DNA from: an uncultured Chloroflexia bacterium
GTDB lineage: Bacteria > Chloroflexota > Limnocylindria > Limnocylindrales > CSP1-4
Direction of reading: 5' to 3'
NCBI GenBank assembly: GCA_963734535.1
Contig: CAVTHS010000006.1
Span: 96,001 to 160,000 of the forward strand
Length of the DNA: 64,000 nt
Within the stretch, counting starts at the first letter, position 1, and each line of letters starts with the position of its first letter. Below, piece after piece: positions 9,756-19,165 of the stretch. The translations under genes and the position numbers were made by a program. A model generated the notes under the pieces. That model was not told the origin of the DNA. It searched no databases and saw only the letters and a program-made list of their open reading frames with translations.

Positions 9756-10945
9756 TCCGGCGACGCGTCGGCGGCGGGATCGGGCTCCCGCGGGACCCGG
9801 ACCGGGCGGCCCTCGCGAGCCTCCAGCCGCCGGGCAGCGCGGACGGCCACGCTGCCCTGGTCCGTCATCGAGCGCTGCAGCCCGAACATGACGACCGCGC
9901 TGATGACCGCCGCGATCGGCAGGCCGAAGATCGCCCCGGCCACGCCCGCCACCTTGGAGCCGATCAGGACGCTGGCGAAGACCAGGATCGGCGGGATCCC
10001 GACCACCTCCGCCATCAACCGCGGCTGGACCAGGTTCATGACCACGAACCAGCCGATCGCCATCCCGATGAGCGTTCCAACGGTCGCGTCCGGGACGCTG
10101 ACGAACGCCACCAGGACAGGGGGCACCCACGCCACGAACGGTCCGAAGAACGGGATCGCCATGAGGACGCCTGCCGTGGCGGTGACGACGGGAACGTACG
10201 GCAGCCCGAATGCCACGCTCACGACGAACGCGACGAGCGCATACAGGAACCCGATGATCGCCTGGCCGCGGAGGAAGCCGCCGAACGAGCGGCCGATGGC
10301 ATCCTCGAGAAGGCGCGCCTCCGTGGCGTATCGGGGCGGCACCAGGCGGAGGATGAAGGACAGGATCGCCTCGCTGTCGATGACCATGAAGACCGACAGG
10401 AAGAACAGGATGAGCACGTTGCCGACGACACCGATGCTGGCGACGGCGGCTGCCTGCAGCGGCCCGACGAGGCCCTGGGCCGCGGAGGCCAGCCCGTCGA
10501 GGAACGCGTTCGCCTGCGTGACCAGGTCCACCTGGCCGAGGCCCAGCGCGGCCAGCCGGGTCGCCCACGGCTGGAGGATCGCCGGCAGCTCCTCGCGGAG
10601 GCTCGGGACGTTCCGGATGAACTCCAGGAGCGAGCTGAAGAGCGCCTGGGCCAGGACCACGATGAGCGCCAGGAGCGCCACCGTGAGCACGGCATACACG
10701 GCCACCACGGCCACCACGCGCGGAAGTCGCGGCACGGCACGCAGCAGGAGCCGGACCGGTGACGAGAGGATGAAAGCGAGCAGCCACGCCAGGAAGAACG
10801 TCAGGATGACGTCCGCGAAGAAGTTCCAGTAGGTCGCCAGGTACGAGAGCACGACCAGCGCGAACGCGGCCGAGCCGAGCACGAGGAACGACGTCAGCCA
10901 GCGCTGCTGGCGTTCGCTCAGGGTCGGCGGCTGCGGCTCGGACAT
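9752..10945 (-). CDS. AI-2E family (PerM) transporter
   Basis: Multiple TM segments; FGGFLRGQ, AIPFFGP, NLVQPRLM, GVAGAIFGLP. Confidence 0.9.
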   Translation of the reverse strand: MSEPQPPTLSERQQRWLTSFLVLGSAAFALVVLSYLATYWNFFADVILTFFLAWLLAFILSSPVRLLLRAVPRLPRVVAVVAVYAVLTVALLALIVVLAQALFSSLLEFIRNVPSLREELPAILQPWATRLAALGLGQVDLVTQANAFLDGLASAAQGLVGPLQAAAVASIGVVGNVLILFFLSVFMVIDSEAILSFILRLVPPRYATEARLLEDAIGRSFGGFLRGQAIIGFLYALVAFVVSVAFGLPYVPVVTATAGVLMAIPFFGPFVAWVPPVLVAFVSVPDATVGTLIGMAIGWFVVMNLVQPRLMAEVVGIPPILVFASVLIGSKVAGVAGAIFGLPIAAVISAVVMFGLQRSMTDQGSVAVRAARRLEAREGRPVRVPREPDPAADASPE

Positions 10946-11167
10946 CGGGGCGCGGGGGCTCCCAGCGGCCCGTCGGGCCGGCCGTGGGGGCGGGCGGCGA
11001 CGGCGGTCGGGCGGTCCGCCGGCCTGCCTATCGTACGCGCCACGCCGTGCGCGTCGCCGGGCCCCGTGTCGACGTCTCGCGCGCGGCCGGCGGGGGCGCG
11101 TGGGGATGGGCGCGGCGGGTGGCACCCAACGGAAGGCGCGCGGCCGACGATGCCCGGTGAGACCCGG

Positions 11168-12205
11168 TCAGCGCAGGCCCATCTTCTCCCGGACCTCGGC
11201 CATGGTCGCGTCGACGATCGGGCGCAGGCGCGCCGCGCCGGCCTCGAGCACCCCGTCGACGACCGCCGGGCTCGCCATCAGCTCCGCGTACCGCTCGCGA
11301 GCGGGGGCGTAGTGGCGGAGCATCCGTTCCACGAGCAGCTTCTTGGTGTCGACACAGCCGGTCCGGGCGGTTCGCTCGCCGTCCCAGATCTCCTCGTAGT
11401 CGTCGCCGAAGAACCGGTGGAGCTGGCAGACGTTGCAGACCTCCGGACGGCCCGGGTCCGTTCGCTTGATCCGCTGCGTGTCGGTGACCATGCTCATCAC
11501 CTGGCGCCGGATCTCGTCGGCCGGGGCGAAGATCTCGATCGTGTTCCCGATCGACTTCGACATCTTCCGCACGCCGTCTGTCCCCAGGACCACGGGCGCC
11601 TCGGTGTAGACGGCCTGCGGCTCCGGGAACGTCGGCCCGTAGCGATTGTTGAAGGCCCGCACGATCTCCCGCGAGAGCTCGAGGTGAGCCGCCTGGTCGC
11701 GCCCGACCGGGACCACGCTCGCCTTGTAGAGGACGATGTCGGCGGCCTGGAGCACGGGGTACGTGAGGAGGCCGCTGTTGACGTCCCCGGGCTGGTTCTC
11801 CCGCTTCTCCTTGTACGTCGGCGTCCGCTCGAGCCAGCTCACCGGCGTCACGGTCGAGAAGAGCCACATCAGCTCCGCCACCTCGGGCCGGTGGCTCTGG
11901 ACGAAGAGGGTGCAGGTCTCCGGGTCGAGGCCGAGCGCCAGGAGCGCCGTCGCCATCTCGCGCGTCCGGCCGCGGAGCACGTCCGGGTCATGGGTGCTCG
12001 TGAGGGCGTGGAAGTCGACGATGCAATAGATCGACTCGTACCGATGCTGGAGCGCCACGTAGTTGCGAATCGCGCCCAGGTCGTTGCCGATGTGGGGCGC
12101 GCCCGATGGCTGGATGCCGCTGAAGCAGCGGACCCTGGCGGGCATGCCGGCAGCGTCGGAGGCGGGGGACGCGTCGAGGGTGGGGGCGGAGGCAGGTTCG
12201 GACAT
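11168..12205 (-). CDS. trpS: Tryptophan--tRNA ligase
   Basis: FSGIQPSG.PHIGN (HIGH motif), YPVLQAADI, VPVGRDQAAHLE, KMSKS. Confidence 0.97.
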   Translation of the reverse strand: MSEPASAPTLDASPASDAAGMPARVRCFSGIQPSGAPHIGNDLGAIRNYVALQHRYESIYCIVDFHALTSTHDPDVLRGRTREMATALLALGLDPETCTLFVQSHRPEVAELMWLFSTVTPVSWLERTPTYKEKRENQPGDVNSGLLTYPVLQAADIVLYKASVVPVGRDQAAHLELSREIVRAFNNRYGPTFPEPQAVYTEAPVVLGTDGVRKMSKSIGNTIEIFAPADEIRRQVMSMVTDTQRIKRTDPGRPEVCNVCQLHRFFGDDYEEIWDGERTARTGCVDTKKLLVERMLRHYAPARERYAELMASPAVVDGVLEAGAARLRPIVDATMAEVREKMGLR

Positions 12206-12219
12206 TGCCCGCGAGTGTA
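12206..12219 (-). promoter_or_regulatory. -10 box, probable leaderless trpS promoter
   Basis: TACACT (minus strand, 12214-12219) 8 nt upstream of the ATG; no Shine-Dalgarno. Confidence 0.55.
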
Positions 12220-12300
12220 GCGGAGCATCGAACGCGACCGCGCAACGTTCGGGCCGACGTGTCCGGGCGCGGCACGCCGCCCCGGGTTGCCGTGGTCGCC

Positions 12301-12604
12301 GTTGCGGGCGCTGCAACAAAACACCGGGACGGGCCGATGAGATCGGGCTTCGTCCCGAATTCGGCCGAGCCGTTGCGCGGCGGGCAACAACTGGCCTGTC
12401 CCGGTGCGCAACGCGCCGCCCGGGATCACTGCCAGCCCGGTCTGTTGCGCCGTGGGCAGCAACTGGCCCGTTTCGGTGCCCAACGCGCCGCCCGCGAGCC
12501 GTGCGAGCCCGCTTTGTTGCACGGCGGGCAACAACTGGCCTGTCCCGGTGCCCAACGCGCCGCCCGGGAGCCGTGCGAGCCCGCTTTGTTGCACCGTGGG
12601 CAAC
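12301..12604. repeat. Tandem ~72-bp repeat array anchored by the palindrome GTTGC-N7-GCAAC
   Basis: Palindrome at 12301, 12372, 12444 (GCAGC variant), 12516 and 12588. Units from 12372 onward are near-copies. Lies between divergent trpS and hom. Confidence 0.9.
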
Positions 12605-12681
12605 CCTCGCGTTCGACAGTCCACCGCCGCCTGGCCCCGGGCTGCCGCACCCGGGACGCGGCGGCGGGCCCACGCGTCCGC

Positions 12682-12694
12682 TACGATCGTGCGG
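12682..12694 (+). promoter_or_regulatory. -10 box, probable leaderless hom promoter
   Basis: TACGAT at 12682-12687, 7 nt before ATG 12695; no SD. Confidence 0.55.
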
Positions 12695-13969
12695 ATGTCC
12701 AGGACGCCCTCCCTTCGCGTTGCGGTGCTCGGCGCGGGCACCGTCGGGTGGCCCGTCGTCCGCGCCTTCCTGGAGCGACCCGAGAAGCTGGCGCCGTTCG
12801 ACGGCGTCCCGCTGACGCTCGCGGGCGTCGCCGACAAGCTCATGGATCGCGTGATCGCGCGCGGCGTCCCGGCCGCGATCGTCACGGACGCGCCGGCGCA
12901 CCTCGTGGCGGACCCCGAGGTGGACGTCGTCGTGGAGCTGATGGGCGGCGACGAGCCGGCCCGGACGCTGATCGCGGCGGCGCTGGGGGCAGGGAAGCGC
13001 GTCGTCACCGCCAACAAGCACGTGGTTGCGCACCACGGCGCGGCGCTGGAGGCGACGGCCCGCGAGCACGGTGGCGCCTTCCGGTTCGAGGCGGCGGTCG
13101 GCGGCGGCATCCCGATCCTGGGTCCGCTCGCGTCCGACCTCGCGGCCAACGAGGTCCACCAGGTCCGTGGCATCGTGAACGGGACGACGAACTTCATCCT
13201 GACGTCGATGCGCGAGCAGGGGCGCGCGTACGCCGACGCCCTGGCCGAGGCGCAGGCGCGTGGCTATGCGGAAGCCAACCCGCGCGGCGACGTCGAGGGC
13301 GACGACGCGGTCAACAAGGTCGTGATCCTCGCCCGCCTCGCGTTCGGTGCGTGGCTTGCTCCCGCCGACGTGCGCATTGCGCCACCGACCCTGCGGGGTA
13401 TGGGACGCCCCGGGATCACGGGCGTCACCGTCGACGAGGTCGCCGCCGCCGGAGCGCTCGGCCTGGCGCTCAGGCTGATCGCCCTCGCCGAGATCGGCGC
13501 GGACGGCCGCCCGGCCGCGTCCGTTCTCCCGAGCGCGGTCGATCGGGACAGCCCGCTGGGTCGCACCGACTGGGTCCTCAATCGCATCGAGGTCGTGGCG
13601 GACCCCGTCGGGACCGTGGCATTCACCGGCCCAGGAGCAGGCGGCGACGCGACGAGCAGCGCGGTCCTCGGGGACCTGCTGGCATTCGCCCGCGGCGGCG
13701 GCAGCACGTGGGCGGGGCTCGCACCGGCGTCCGAGGCATCGCCCGGCGGGGATGGAGCCGATCCGCTCGCCGCCCCCCGTTCGTGGTTCGCGTTACTGCC
13801 CGGGGCCGTGGCCGACCAGGTGACCCTCGGCCCGGGGGCCGCGATCGCCGCTGTCCGGGGCGGCACCGCCGTCCGCACCGGCAGGCTGTCGCTCGAGCAG
13901 GTCCGTGCGGCGCTGCTGACGGTCGTCGCGGACGGCATGGACGTCACGCTCTACCCGGTCGTCGAGTGA
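12695..13969 (+). CDS. hom: Homoserine dehydrogenase
   Basis: GAGTVG, VVTANK, FEAAVGGGIP, GIVNGTTNFIL, GYAEANPRGDVEG, GPGAG. Confidence 0.95.
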   Translation: MSRTPSLRVAVLGAGTVGWPVVRAFLERPEKLAPFDGVPLTLAGVADKLMDRVIARGVPAAIVTDAPAHLVADPEVDVVVELMGGDEPARTLIAAALGAGKRVVTANKHVVAHHGAALEATAREHGGAFRFEAAVGGGIPILGPLASDLAANEVHQVRGIVNGTTNFILTSMREQGRAYADALAEAQARGYAEANPRGDVEGDDAVNKVVILARLAFGAWLAPADVRIAPPTLRGMGRPGITGVTVDEVAAAGALGLALRLIALAEIGADGRPAASVLPSAVDRDSPLGRTDWVLNRIEVVADPVGTVAFTGPGAGGDATSSAVLGDLLAFARGGGSTWAGLAPASEASPGGDGADPLAAPRSWFALLPGAVADQVTLGPGAAIAAVRGGTAVRTGRLSLEQVRAALLTVVADGMDVTLYPVVE

Positions 13970-15093
13970 CCGGCCTCGAACGGGGCCAACCGGGCGCGGA
14001 GCGGGGACCCGGGAGCCTGCCGTCGAACACCCCGCGTCCGCGGCTGCTCGAACGCTACCGCGCGTTCCTGCCGCTGACCGACGCGACGCCCATCGTCAGC
14101 CTGGGCGAAGGGGCGACGCCGCTCGTCCACGCGGAGCGACTGGGCGCGGCGTGGGGGATCCCGAACCTCCACCTCAAGTTCGAGGGGATGAACCCGACGG
14201 GCTCGTTCAAGGACCGGGGCATGGTGCTGGCGGTCGCGAAGGCGCTCGAGGAGGGCGCCCGCTCGATCGTGTGCGCCAGCACCGGCAACACGTCGGCGTC
14301 GGCGGCGGCCTACGGAGCGGCGGCCGGTCTCGAGGTCGTGGTCGTGCTGCCGGCGGGCAAGATCGCGGCCGGGAAGCTGCTCCAGGCCCAGGCGGCCGGC
14401 GCCCGGGTCCTCGCGGTCGAGGGGAACTTCGACGCGGCCCTGCGCATCGTGCGCGAGCTTGCGGAGCAGGACGAGCACCCGATCACCCTCGTCAACTCCG
14501 TCAACCCGTTCCGCCTGGAGGGTCAGAAGACCGCGGCGTTCGAGGTCTGCGAGGACCTGGGGCAGGCCCCCGACATCCTCGCGATCCCCGTCGGCAATGC
14601 CGGGAACATCAGCGCGTACTGGATGGGGTTCCGCGCCTGGCACGCGGCCGGGCGGATCGAGACGCTGCCCCGGATGTGGGGCTTCCAGGCGGAGGGCGCC
14701 GCCCCGCTCGTCCTCGGCCACCCGGTCGAGCACCCGGAGACGTTCGCGACCGCCATCCGGATCGGGAACCCGGCCTCGTGGCAGAAAGCCATCGCGGCCC
14801 GCGACGAATCGGGCGGCCTCATCGAGTCGGTCGGCGAGGACGAGATCTTCGATGCGTATCGCGACGTCGTCCGCCTGGCCGGCATCTTCTGCGAGCCCGC
14901 GTCCGCGGCCAGCCTCGCCGGGGTTCGAAAGCTTCGCCTCGCCGGTCGACTCGACGCGGACGCGCTCGTCGTCTGCGTCCTCACCGGGCACGGGCTCAAG
15001 GACCCGGACACGGCTGGCCGCCTGGCCGACCCGCTCGTGACGGCTGCGCCCACCCTGCCCGCGGTGATGGAGGCCCTCGGATGGCACTTCTGA
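13966..15093 (+). CDS. thrC: Threonine synthase
   Basis: KFEGMNPTGSFKDRG (PLP lysine), CASTGNTS, PVGNAGN, EPASAA, LTGHGLKD. Confidence 0.96.
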   Translation: MTGLERGQPGAERGPGSLPSNTPRPRLLERYRAFLPLTDATPIVSLGEGATPLVHAERLGAAWGIPNLHLKFEGMNPTGSFKDRGMVLAVAKALEEGARSIVCASTGNTSASAAAYGAAAGLEVVVVLPAGKIAAGKLLQAQAAGARVLAVEGNFDAALRIVRELAEQDEHPITLVNSVNPFRLEGQKTAAFEVCEDLGQAPDILAIPVGNAGNISAYWMGFRAWHAAGRIETLPRMWGFQAEGAAPLVLGHPVEHPETFATAIRIGNPASWQKAIAARDESGGLIESVGEDEIFDAYRDVVRLAGIFCEPASAASLAGVRKLRLAGRLDADALVVCVLTGHGLKDPDTAGRLADPLVTAAPTLPAVMEALGWHF

Positions 15094-16043
15094 GCAACCT
15101 GGCCGACCTCGATGGCCGCCGTATTGCCGTGGAGGTCCCGGCGACCAGCGCGAACCTCGGGGCCGGCTACGACACGCTGGCGGTGGCGCTCGAGATCGTC
15201 GACCGGATCGAGGTGGAGGCGATCGCCCGGCCCGGCGTCGGAGTCGAGCTCAGCGTGGACGGCGAGGGCGCCGGCGAGCTGCCGGCCGACCGGTCGAACG
15301 GATTCGTGGTCGCGCTCGAGCGCGGGCTCGTCGAGGCGCGCGGGAGCGCACCAGATGGGTTGAGCTGGCGCATCGAGATGGTGAACCGGATCCCGCTCAG
15401 CCGCGGCCTGGGCTCGTCCGCCGCGGCGACCGTGGCGGGGCTCCTGGCCGGTGCCGCGCTCGGCGGGCTGACGCTGACGACGGATCGGGCGCTTGCGCTG
15501 GCCACCGAGCTGGAGGGCCACCCCGACAACGCGGCGGCCGCGCTGCTCGGTGGCTTCACGATCGCGGCCCACGGGGATTCGCCCACCGCGATCCGGTTCG
15601 ACGCTCCTCGCGACCTTCGGGCGGTGCTCTTCATCCCGGAGCTGCGCCTCTCGACCCGCGCGATGCGCGCGGCCCTGCCGGCAACCGTTCCGCTCGCCGA
15701 CGCGGTGGCGAATCTTCAGCGGGTGGCGCTCGGCGTCGCCGGGCTCGCGACGGGCAGCCCGGACTTCCTGCGCCACCTCACGGTCGACCGGCTTCACGAG
15801 CCGTACCGCGCGGCCGTCTACCCGCAGCTGCCCGATCTCGTGGCCGCGGCCCGGGCGGCGGGCGCCCTGGGTGCGTGTCTCTCCGGCGCCGGCAGCACCG
15901 TGATCGCGTTCGTGGACTCGATGCGCTCGATCACCCGGCTCCAGGGCGCCTTCCGGGCAGCCTCGGCGGACCTCGACCTGCCGGGCCGGGTCGAGGTCGT
16001 CGCGCCGAGGAATGCTGGCGCGCGGATCCTGCCGGAGGGGTAG
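15081..16043 (+). CDS. thrB: Homoserine kinase
   Basis: PATSANLGAGYD, IPLSRGLGSSAA, EGHPDN, LSGAGST. Confidence 0.96.
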   Translation: MALLSNLADLDGRRIAVEVPATSANLGAGYDTLAVALEIVDRIEVEAIARPGVGVELSVDGEGAGELPADRSNGFVVALERGLVEARGSAPDGLSWRIEMVNRIPLSRGLGSSAAATVAGLLAGAALGGLTLTTDRALALATELEGHPDNAAAALLGGFTIAAHGDSPTAIRFDAPRDLRAVLFIPELRLSTRAMRAALPATVPLADAVANLQRVALGVAGLATGSPDFLRHLTVDRLHEPYRAAVYPQLPDLVAAARAAGALGACLSGAGSTVIAFVDSMRSITRLQGAFRAASADLDLPGRVEVVAPRNAGARILPEG

Positions 16044-16050
16044 TCGCCAG

Positions 16051-16190
16051 GTCGCGCCGCGCCAAGGCGCGCCTCCTCGGTTCGCGGCCGGTCGCGCCGG
16101 TTCGCGGCCGGTCGCGTCGGTTCGCGGCCGGTCGCGTGGGGGCCGGCGCGTCGCGTGGGGTCGCGGCGCGGTCGCGTGGGGCCGGCGCCG
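16051..16190. repeat. Short GC-rich tandem repeat (10/20-bp period) between convergent genes
   Basis: TTCGCGGCCGGTCGCGYCGG-like units at 16081, 16101 and 16121, plus degenerate GTCGCG decamers either side. Confidence 0.7.
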
Positions 16191-16231
16191 GTGGTCTCGC
16201 CCCTGTCGGGCCGCTTGCTCGGCCAACCTCC

Positions 16232-17011
16232 CTACGCGGCGGGCGTGTTCGCCCGGATGAACTCGAGGACGCGCTCCCAGGCATCCGCCGAGGCGTCCGC
16301 ATAGTCCTCCTGCTTGCGATCGAAGAACGAGTGCGGCGCTCCCGGGTAGGTCACGACCTCGTTCGGCACGCCCGCCGCCGAGAGGGCCGCCTCGAACGTC
16401 TCGACCGCGTCGCTCGTGATCCCCTGGTCGGCGCCGCCGAAGATGCCCAGCACGGCGCCGCGCATCAGCCCCGTCGAATTGGCCGGGGCAGGGACGTCGC
16501 TCCGGGCGCTTCCCACCGGCCAGCCGTAGAAGCCGATCACGCCTGCAAGGCCGAGACCCATCGTCGCCGTCATGTATGCGAGCCGCCCGCCGAAGCAGAA
16601 GCCGATCGTGAAGATCGCCCGGCCCCGCCCCTCGCCGAGGTCGCGCAGGCGCTCCGCTGCCGCCTGGACGTCCCACGACAGGCTCGAGAACCGCGTCTCG
16701 CCGACGTGCGTCATGAAGTCGAAGTCGCCGGACCGCTCGCGGACGCCGATCCCGGCGGTACGGCCGAAATAGTCGACCGCCAGCGCGTCGATCCCGGCCT
16801 CCGCGAACCGCAGGGCGAGCTCCTCGTAGTAGGGATGCAGGCCGCGAACGTCGGGAAGGATGACGATCGCGGCCCCGATCGGCTTCTCTGCGCGCGCCAG
16901 GAGACCCGCGAACCGCCCCCCGTCGCCGGCCCGCAGGACCAGCTCCTCGGTGTCGATCGCGCCGCCCGCGATCGGGGCGATCGGCGGCTGGCTGTCGAGG
17001 TCGAAGCACAT
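16232..17011 (-). CDS. Dienelactone hydrolase family protein (carboxymethylenebutenolidase)
   Basis: PDVRGL, GFCFGG nucleophile motif, FGGADQGI, YPGAPHSF; GGAGG upstream. Confidence 0.92.
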   Translation of the reverse strand: MCFDLDSQPPIAPIAGGAIDTEELVLRAGDGGRFAGLLARAEKPIGAAIVILPDVRGLHPYYEELALRFAEAGIDALAVDYFGRTAGIGVRERSGDFDFMTHVGETRFSSLSWDVQAAAERLRDLGEGRGRAIFTIGFCFGGRLAYMTATMGLGLAGVIGFYGWPVGSARSDVPAPANSTGLMRGAVLGIFGGADQGITSDAVETFEAALSAAGVPNEVVTYPGAPHSFFDRKQEDYADASADAWERVLEFIRANTPAA

Positions 17012-17260
17012 GGCGGGCGGATCCTCCGGAGCTTGACTGGATGCGCTCTTTGGGGAACGGTTGGCTTCGGCGGCCGGTACGGCGGGTCGTGCCGGTCCCG
17101 GGGCAGGGCCGGCGAGACAGCCGTTCGTGGCCGCGGTTGCGCGCATCCTGCCACGTTCGCGGGTTTCGACGGAAGTCCGGGGCCGCGTTCTGCCCCGACC
17201 GCGGTCACCGGGCCCGGTCGGGCCGGGCGGATCGGGTCGGCACGGACCGGGAACACGGCC

Positions 17261-17375
17261 CCGGGCAGCCGCTCTCGTGCGTGCCGGGCGGGTCGGCTCG
17301 GGCCGGGCAGCCGCGCTCAGGTCGGGCCCGGCGGGCTCGGTCGGCCGGGCAGCCGCGCTCGTGCGGGCCGGGCGA
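17261..17375. repeat. Tandem 42-bp imperfect repeat, about 2.7 copies
   Basis: CCGGGCAGCCGC(G/T)CTC begins at 17261, 17303 and 17345. Confidence 0.75.
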
Positions 17376-17580
17376 TGGCCCGCCCGGAGAGATCGAAGCA
17401 CCCCGGGGTGGAACGCGGGGGTCGAACTCATCCCGCTCCCGAATCACCGAGACAGCAACCAGGCGACTGGTAAGCATCTCGTGCGCGGTTCTCGACCGGT
17501 CCGCACCCGGGCCTTCGGACCGATTGAGCACGGGTTGCAGGGTCGCCGGGCCGCCGTCGCCCGGCACGGGCAGGACGACG

Positions 17581-17738
17581 CCACGTACCAGCACCGGGGC
17601 GCATATCCCGGAGCAACGGCGGCCCGTGCGCCACGTACCAGCACCGGGGCGCATATCCCGGAGCGATGGCGGCCCGTGCGCCACGTACCAGCACCGGGGC
17701 GCATATCCCGGAGCAAGAGCGGCCCGCGCGCCACGTAC
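17581..17738. repeat. Tandem 50-bp repeat, 3 copies plus a partial
   Basis: CCACGTACCAGCACCGGGGCGCATATCCCGGAGC... at 17581, 17631 and 17681, partial at 17731; internal CCGGG..CCCGG hairpin. Confidence 0.92.
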
Positions 17739-17863
17739 GACTGGCGTCCGGTCTCCTATCCGAAGACGCGCGCATGCGGCACGGCCGATCCCGGCCGTCG
17801 GTGCCCTGCCGGCTCCCCACGTGGCCCTCGCTCCCGTCCGCCGCCTCGAACCCGGCGCGCCGG

Positions 17864-17877
17864 TACAATCCGGGCCG
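17864..17877 (+). promoter_or_regulatory. -10 box, probable leaderless lysC promoter
   Basis: TACAAT at 17864-17869, 8 nt before ATG 17878. Confidence 0.65.
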
Positions 17878-19155
17878 ATGTCGCATCCCCTCGTCGTCAT
17901 GAAGTTCGGCGGCTCGTCCGTGGCGAACGCCGATCGGATTCGCCGCGTCGCGCGCCGGATCGCCCGTGCTCGCGCGCACGGTGCCGACCTGTGCATCGTC
18001 GTATCGGCGATGGGCGACACCACGGACGAGCTGCTCGCCCTCGCGGCCGCGATCACGGAGGAGCCCGACGCGCGCGAGCTCGACATGCTCCTCGCCACGG
18101 GCGAGCACCAGAGCGCGACCCTCGTCTCCATGGCGCTCCACGCGCTGGGAGTGGCCGCGATCAGCCTGACCGGCGCGCAGGCCGGGATCACCACGGACGG
18201 TACGTACGGCCGCGCGCGGATCGCCGGGATCGATCCGGCCCGCATCCGCGCCGAGATGGCCGCCGGCCGGGTCGTCATCGTGGCGGGCTTCCAGGGCACG
18301 AGCGCGGCCGCGATGGAGCTCGCCGAGACCACGACGCTCGGGCGGGGAGGCTCGGACACGACCGCGGTCGCGCTCGCCGCGGCGTTGCGCGCCGACCGCT
18401 GCCAGATCTACACGGACGTCAAGGGGATCTACACGGCGGACCCGCGGATCGTGGACGACGCCCGGCAGCTCCCGGTGATCGGCTACGAGGAGATGCTGGA
18501 GCTGGCCCACCAGGGTGCCCAGGTCATGCAGGTCCGGGCCGTCGAGCTCGGATGGGTCAACAACGTCGTCATCGAGGTCCTCAGCTCCTTCGAGGAGGCG
18601 CCCGGGACGTTGATCAGGGAGGACCCGCTCGTGGAGCAACGCAACAAGGTCCGCGGGATCGCCCACGACCGGAACGTCGCGAAGGTCACGCTTGTCGCGG
18701 TGCCCGACCGGCCGGGCGTGGCACGTGCCGTCTTCGCGCCGCTTGCCGAGCAGGGCATCAGCGTCGACATGATCGTCCAGAACGTCGGCCACGGCGGCGC
18801 AACCGACATGAGCTTCACCGTGCCGCGCGGCGAGCTGGCGAAGGCGAAGCGCGTCCTCGAACCGATCGTGCGTGAGCTCGGCTTCCGCGAGATGACCACC
18901 GATGCGTCGATCGCGAAGGTCTCGATCATCGGGGCGGGCCTCCACAACGCCCCGGGGTACGCGGCGCGGATGTTCGGGACGCTTGCCGACGCCGGCGTGA
19001 ACATCGAGATGATCTCCACGTCCGAGGTGCGGATCACGTGCACGATCGCGGAGGACCAGCTCGAAGCCGCCGCGACCGCGCTCCACGCCGCGTTCTCGCT
19101 GGCGGTGCCGGACCCGCTCGATGCCGCCGTCGCCACGCCGGAACCGGCCGGCTGA
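17878..19155 (+). CDS. lysC: Aspartate kinase (alpha subunit)
   Basis: VMKFGGSSV, VSAMGDTTD, TTLGRGGSDTTA, YTDVKGIYTADP, two ACT domains. Confidence 0.97.
   Translation: MSHPLVVMKFGGSSVANADRIRRVARRIARARAHGADLCIVVSAMGDTTDELLALAAAITEEPDARELDMLLATGEHQSATLVSMALHALGVAAISLTGAQAGITTDGTYGRARIAGIDPARIRAEMAAGRVVIVAGFQGTSAAAMELAETTTLGRGGSDTTAVALAAALRADRCQIYTDVKGIYTADPRIVDDARQLPVIGYEEMLELAHQGAQVMQVRAVELGWVNNVVIEVLSSFEEAPGTLIREDPLVEQRNKVRGIAHDRNVAKVTLVAVPDRPGVARAVFAPLAEQGISVDMIVQNVGHGGATDMSFTVPRGELAKAKRVLEPIVRELGFREMTTDASIAKVSIIGAGLHNAPGYAARMFGTLADAGVNIEMISTSEVRITCTIAEDQLEAAATALHAAFSLAVPDPLDAAVATPEPAG
18631..19155 (+). CDS. Nested in-frame aspartate kinase beta subunit (ACT domains)
   Basis: GGAGGA at 18618-18623, 7 nt before in-frame GTG (codon 252) at the kinase/ACT boundary, as in alpha2beta2 aspartokinases. 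Confidence 0.6.
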   Translation: MEQRNKVRGIAHDRNVAKVTLVAVPDRPGVARAVFAPLAEQGISVDMIVQNVGHGGATDMSFTVPRGELAKAKRVLEPIVRELGFREMTTDASIAKVSIIGAGLHNAPGYAARMFGTLADAGVNIEMISTSEVRITCTIAEDQLEAAATALHAAFSLAVPDPLDAAVATPEPAG

Positions 19156-19165
19156 TCGGCAGCCG

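Noticed and set aside
12301-12604. CRISPR array (GTTG...CAAC-like ends, 72-bp period)
   Set aside because: The would-be spacers in the last three units are near-identical, the repeats vary as much as the spacers, and there are no cas genes in the window.
8958-13159. Long N-terminal extensions of SurE (609 aa) and TrpS (663 aa)
   Set aside because: These are stop-free GC-rich frames overlapping other genes; the real starts are at 9755 and 12205.
17400-17445. tRNA or tRNA fragment (GTTCGACCCC on the minus strand)
   Set aside because: No T-stem/acceptor-stem pairing or cloverleaf could be built.
17581-17738. Mini-CRISPR or lysine riboswitch upstream of lysC
   Set aside because: The variable part is only a few bases, no riboswitch consensus is recognisable, and lysC has a -10 box right before its ATG.
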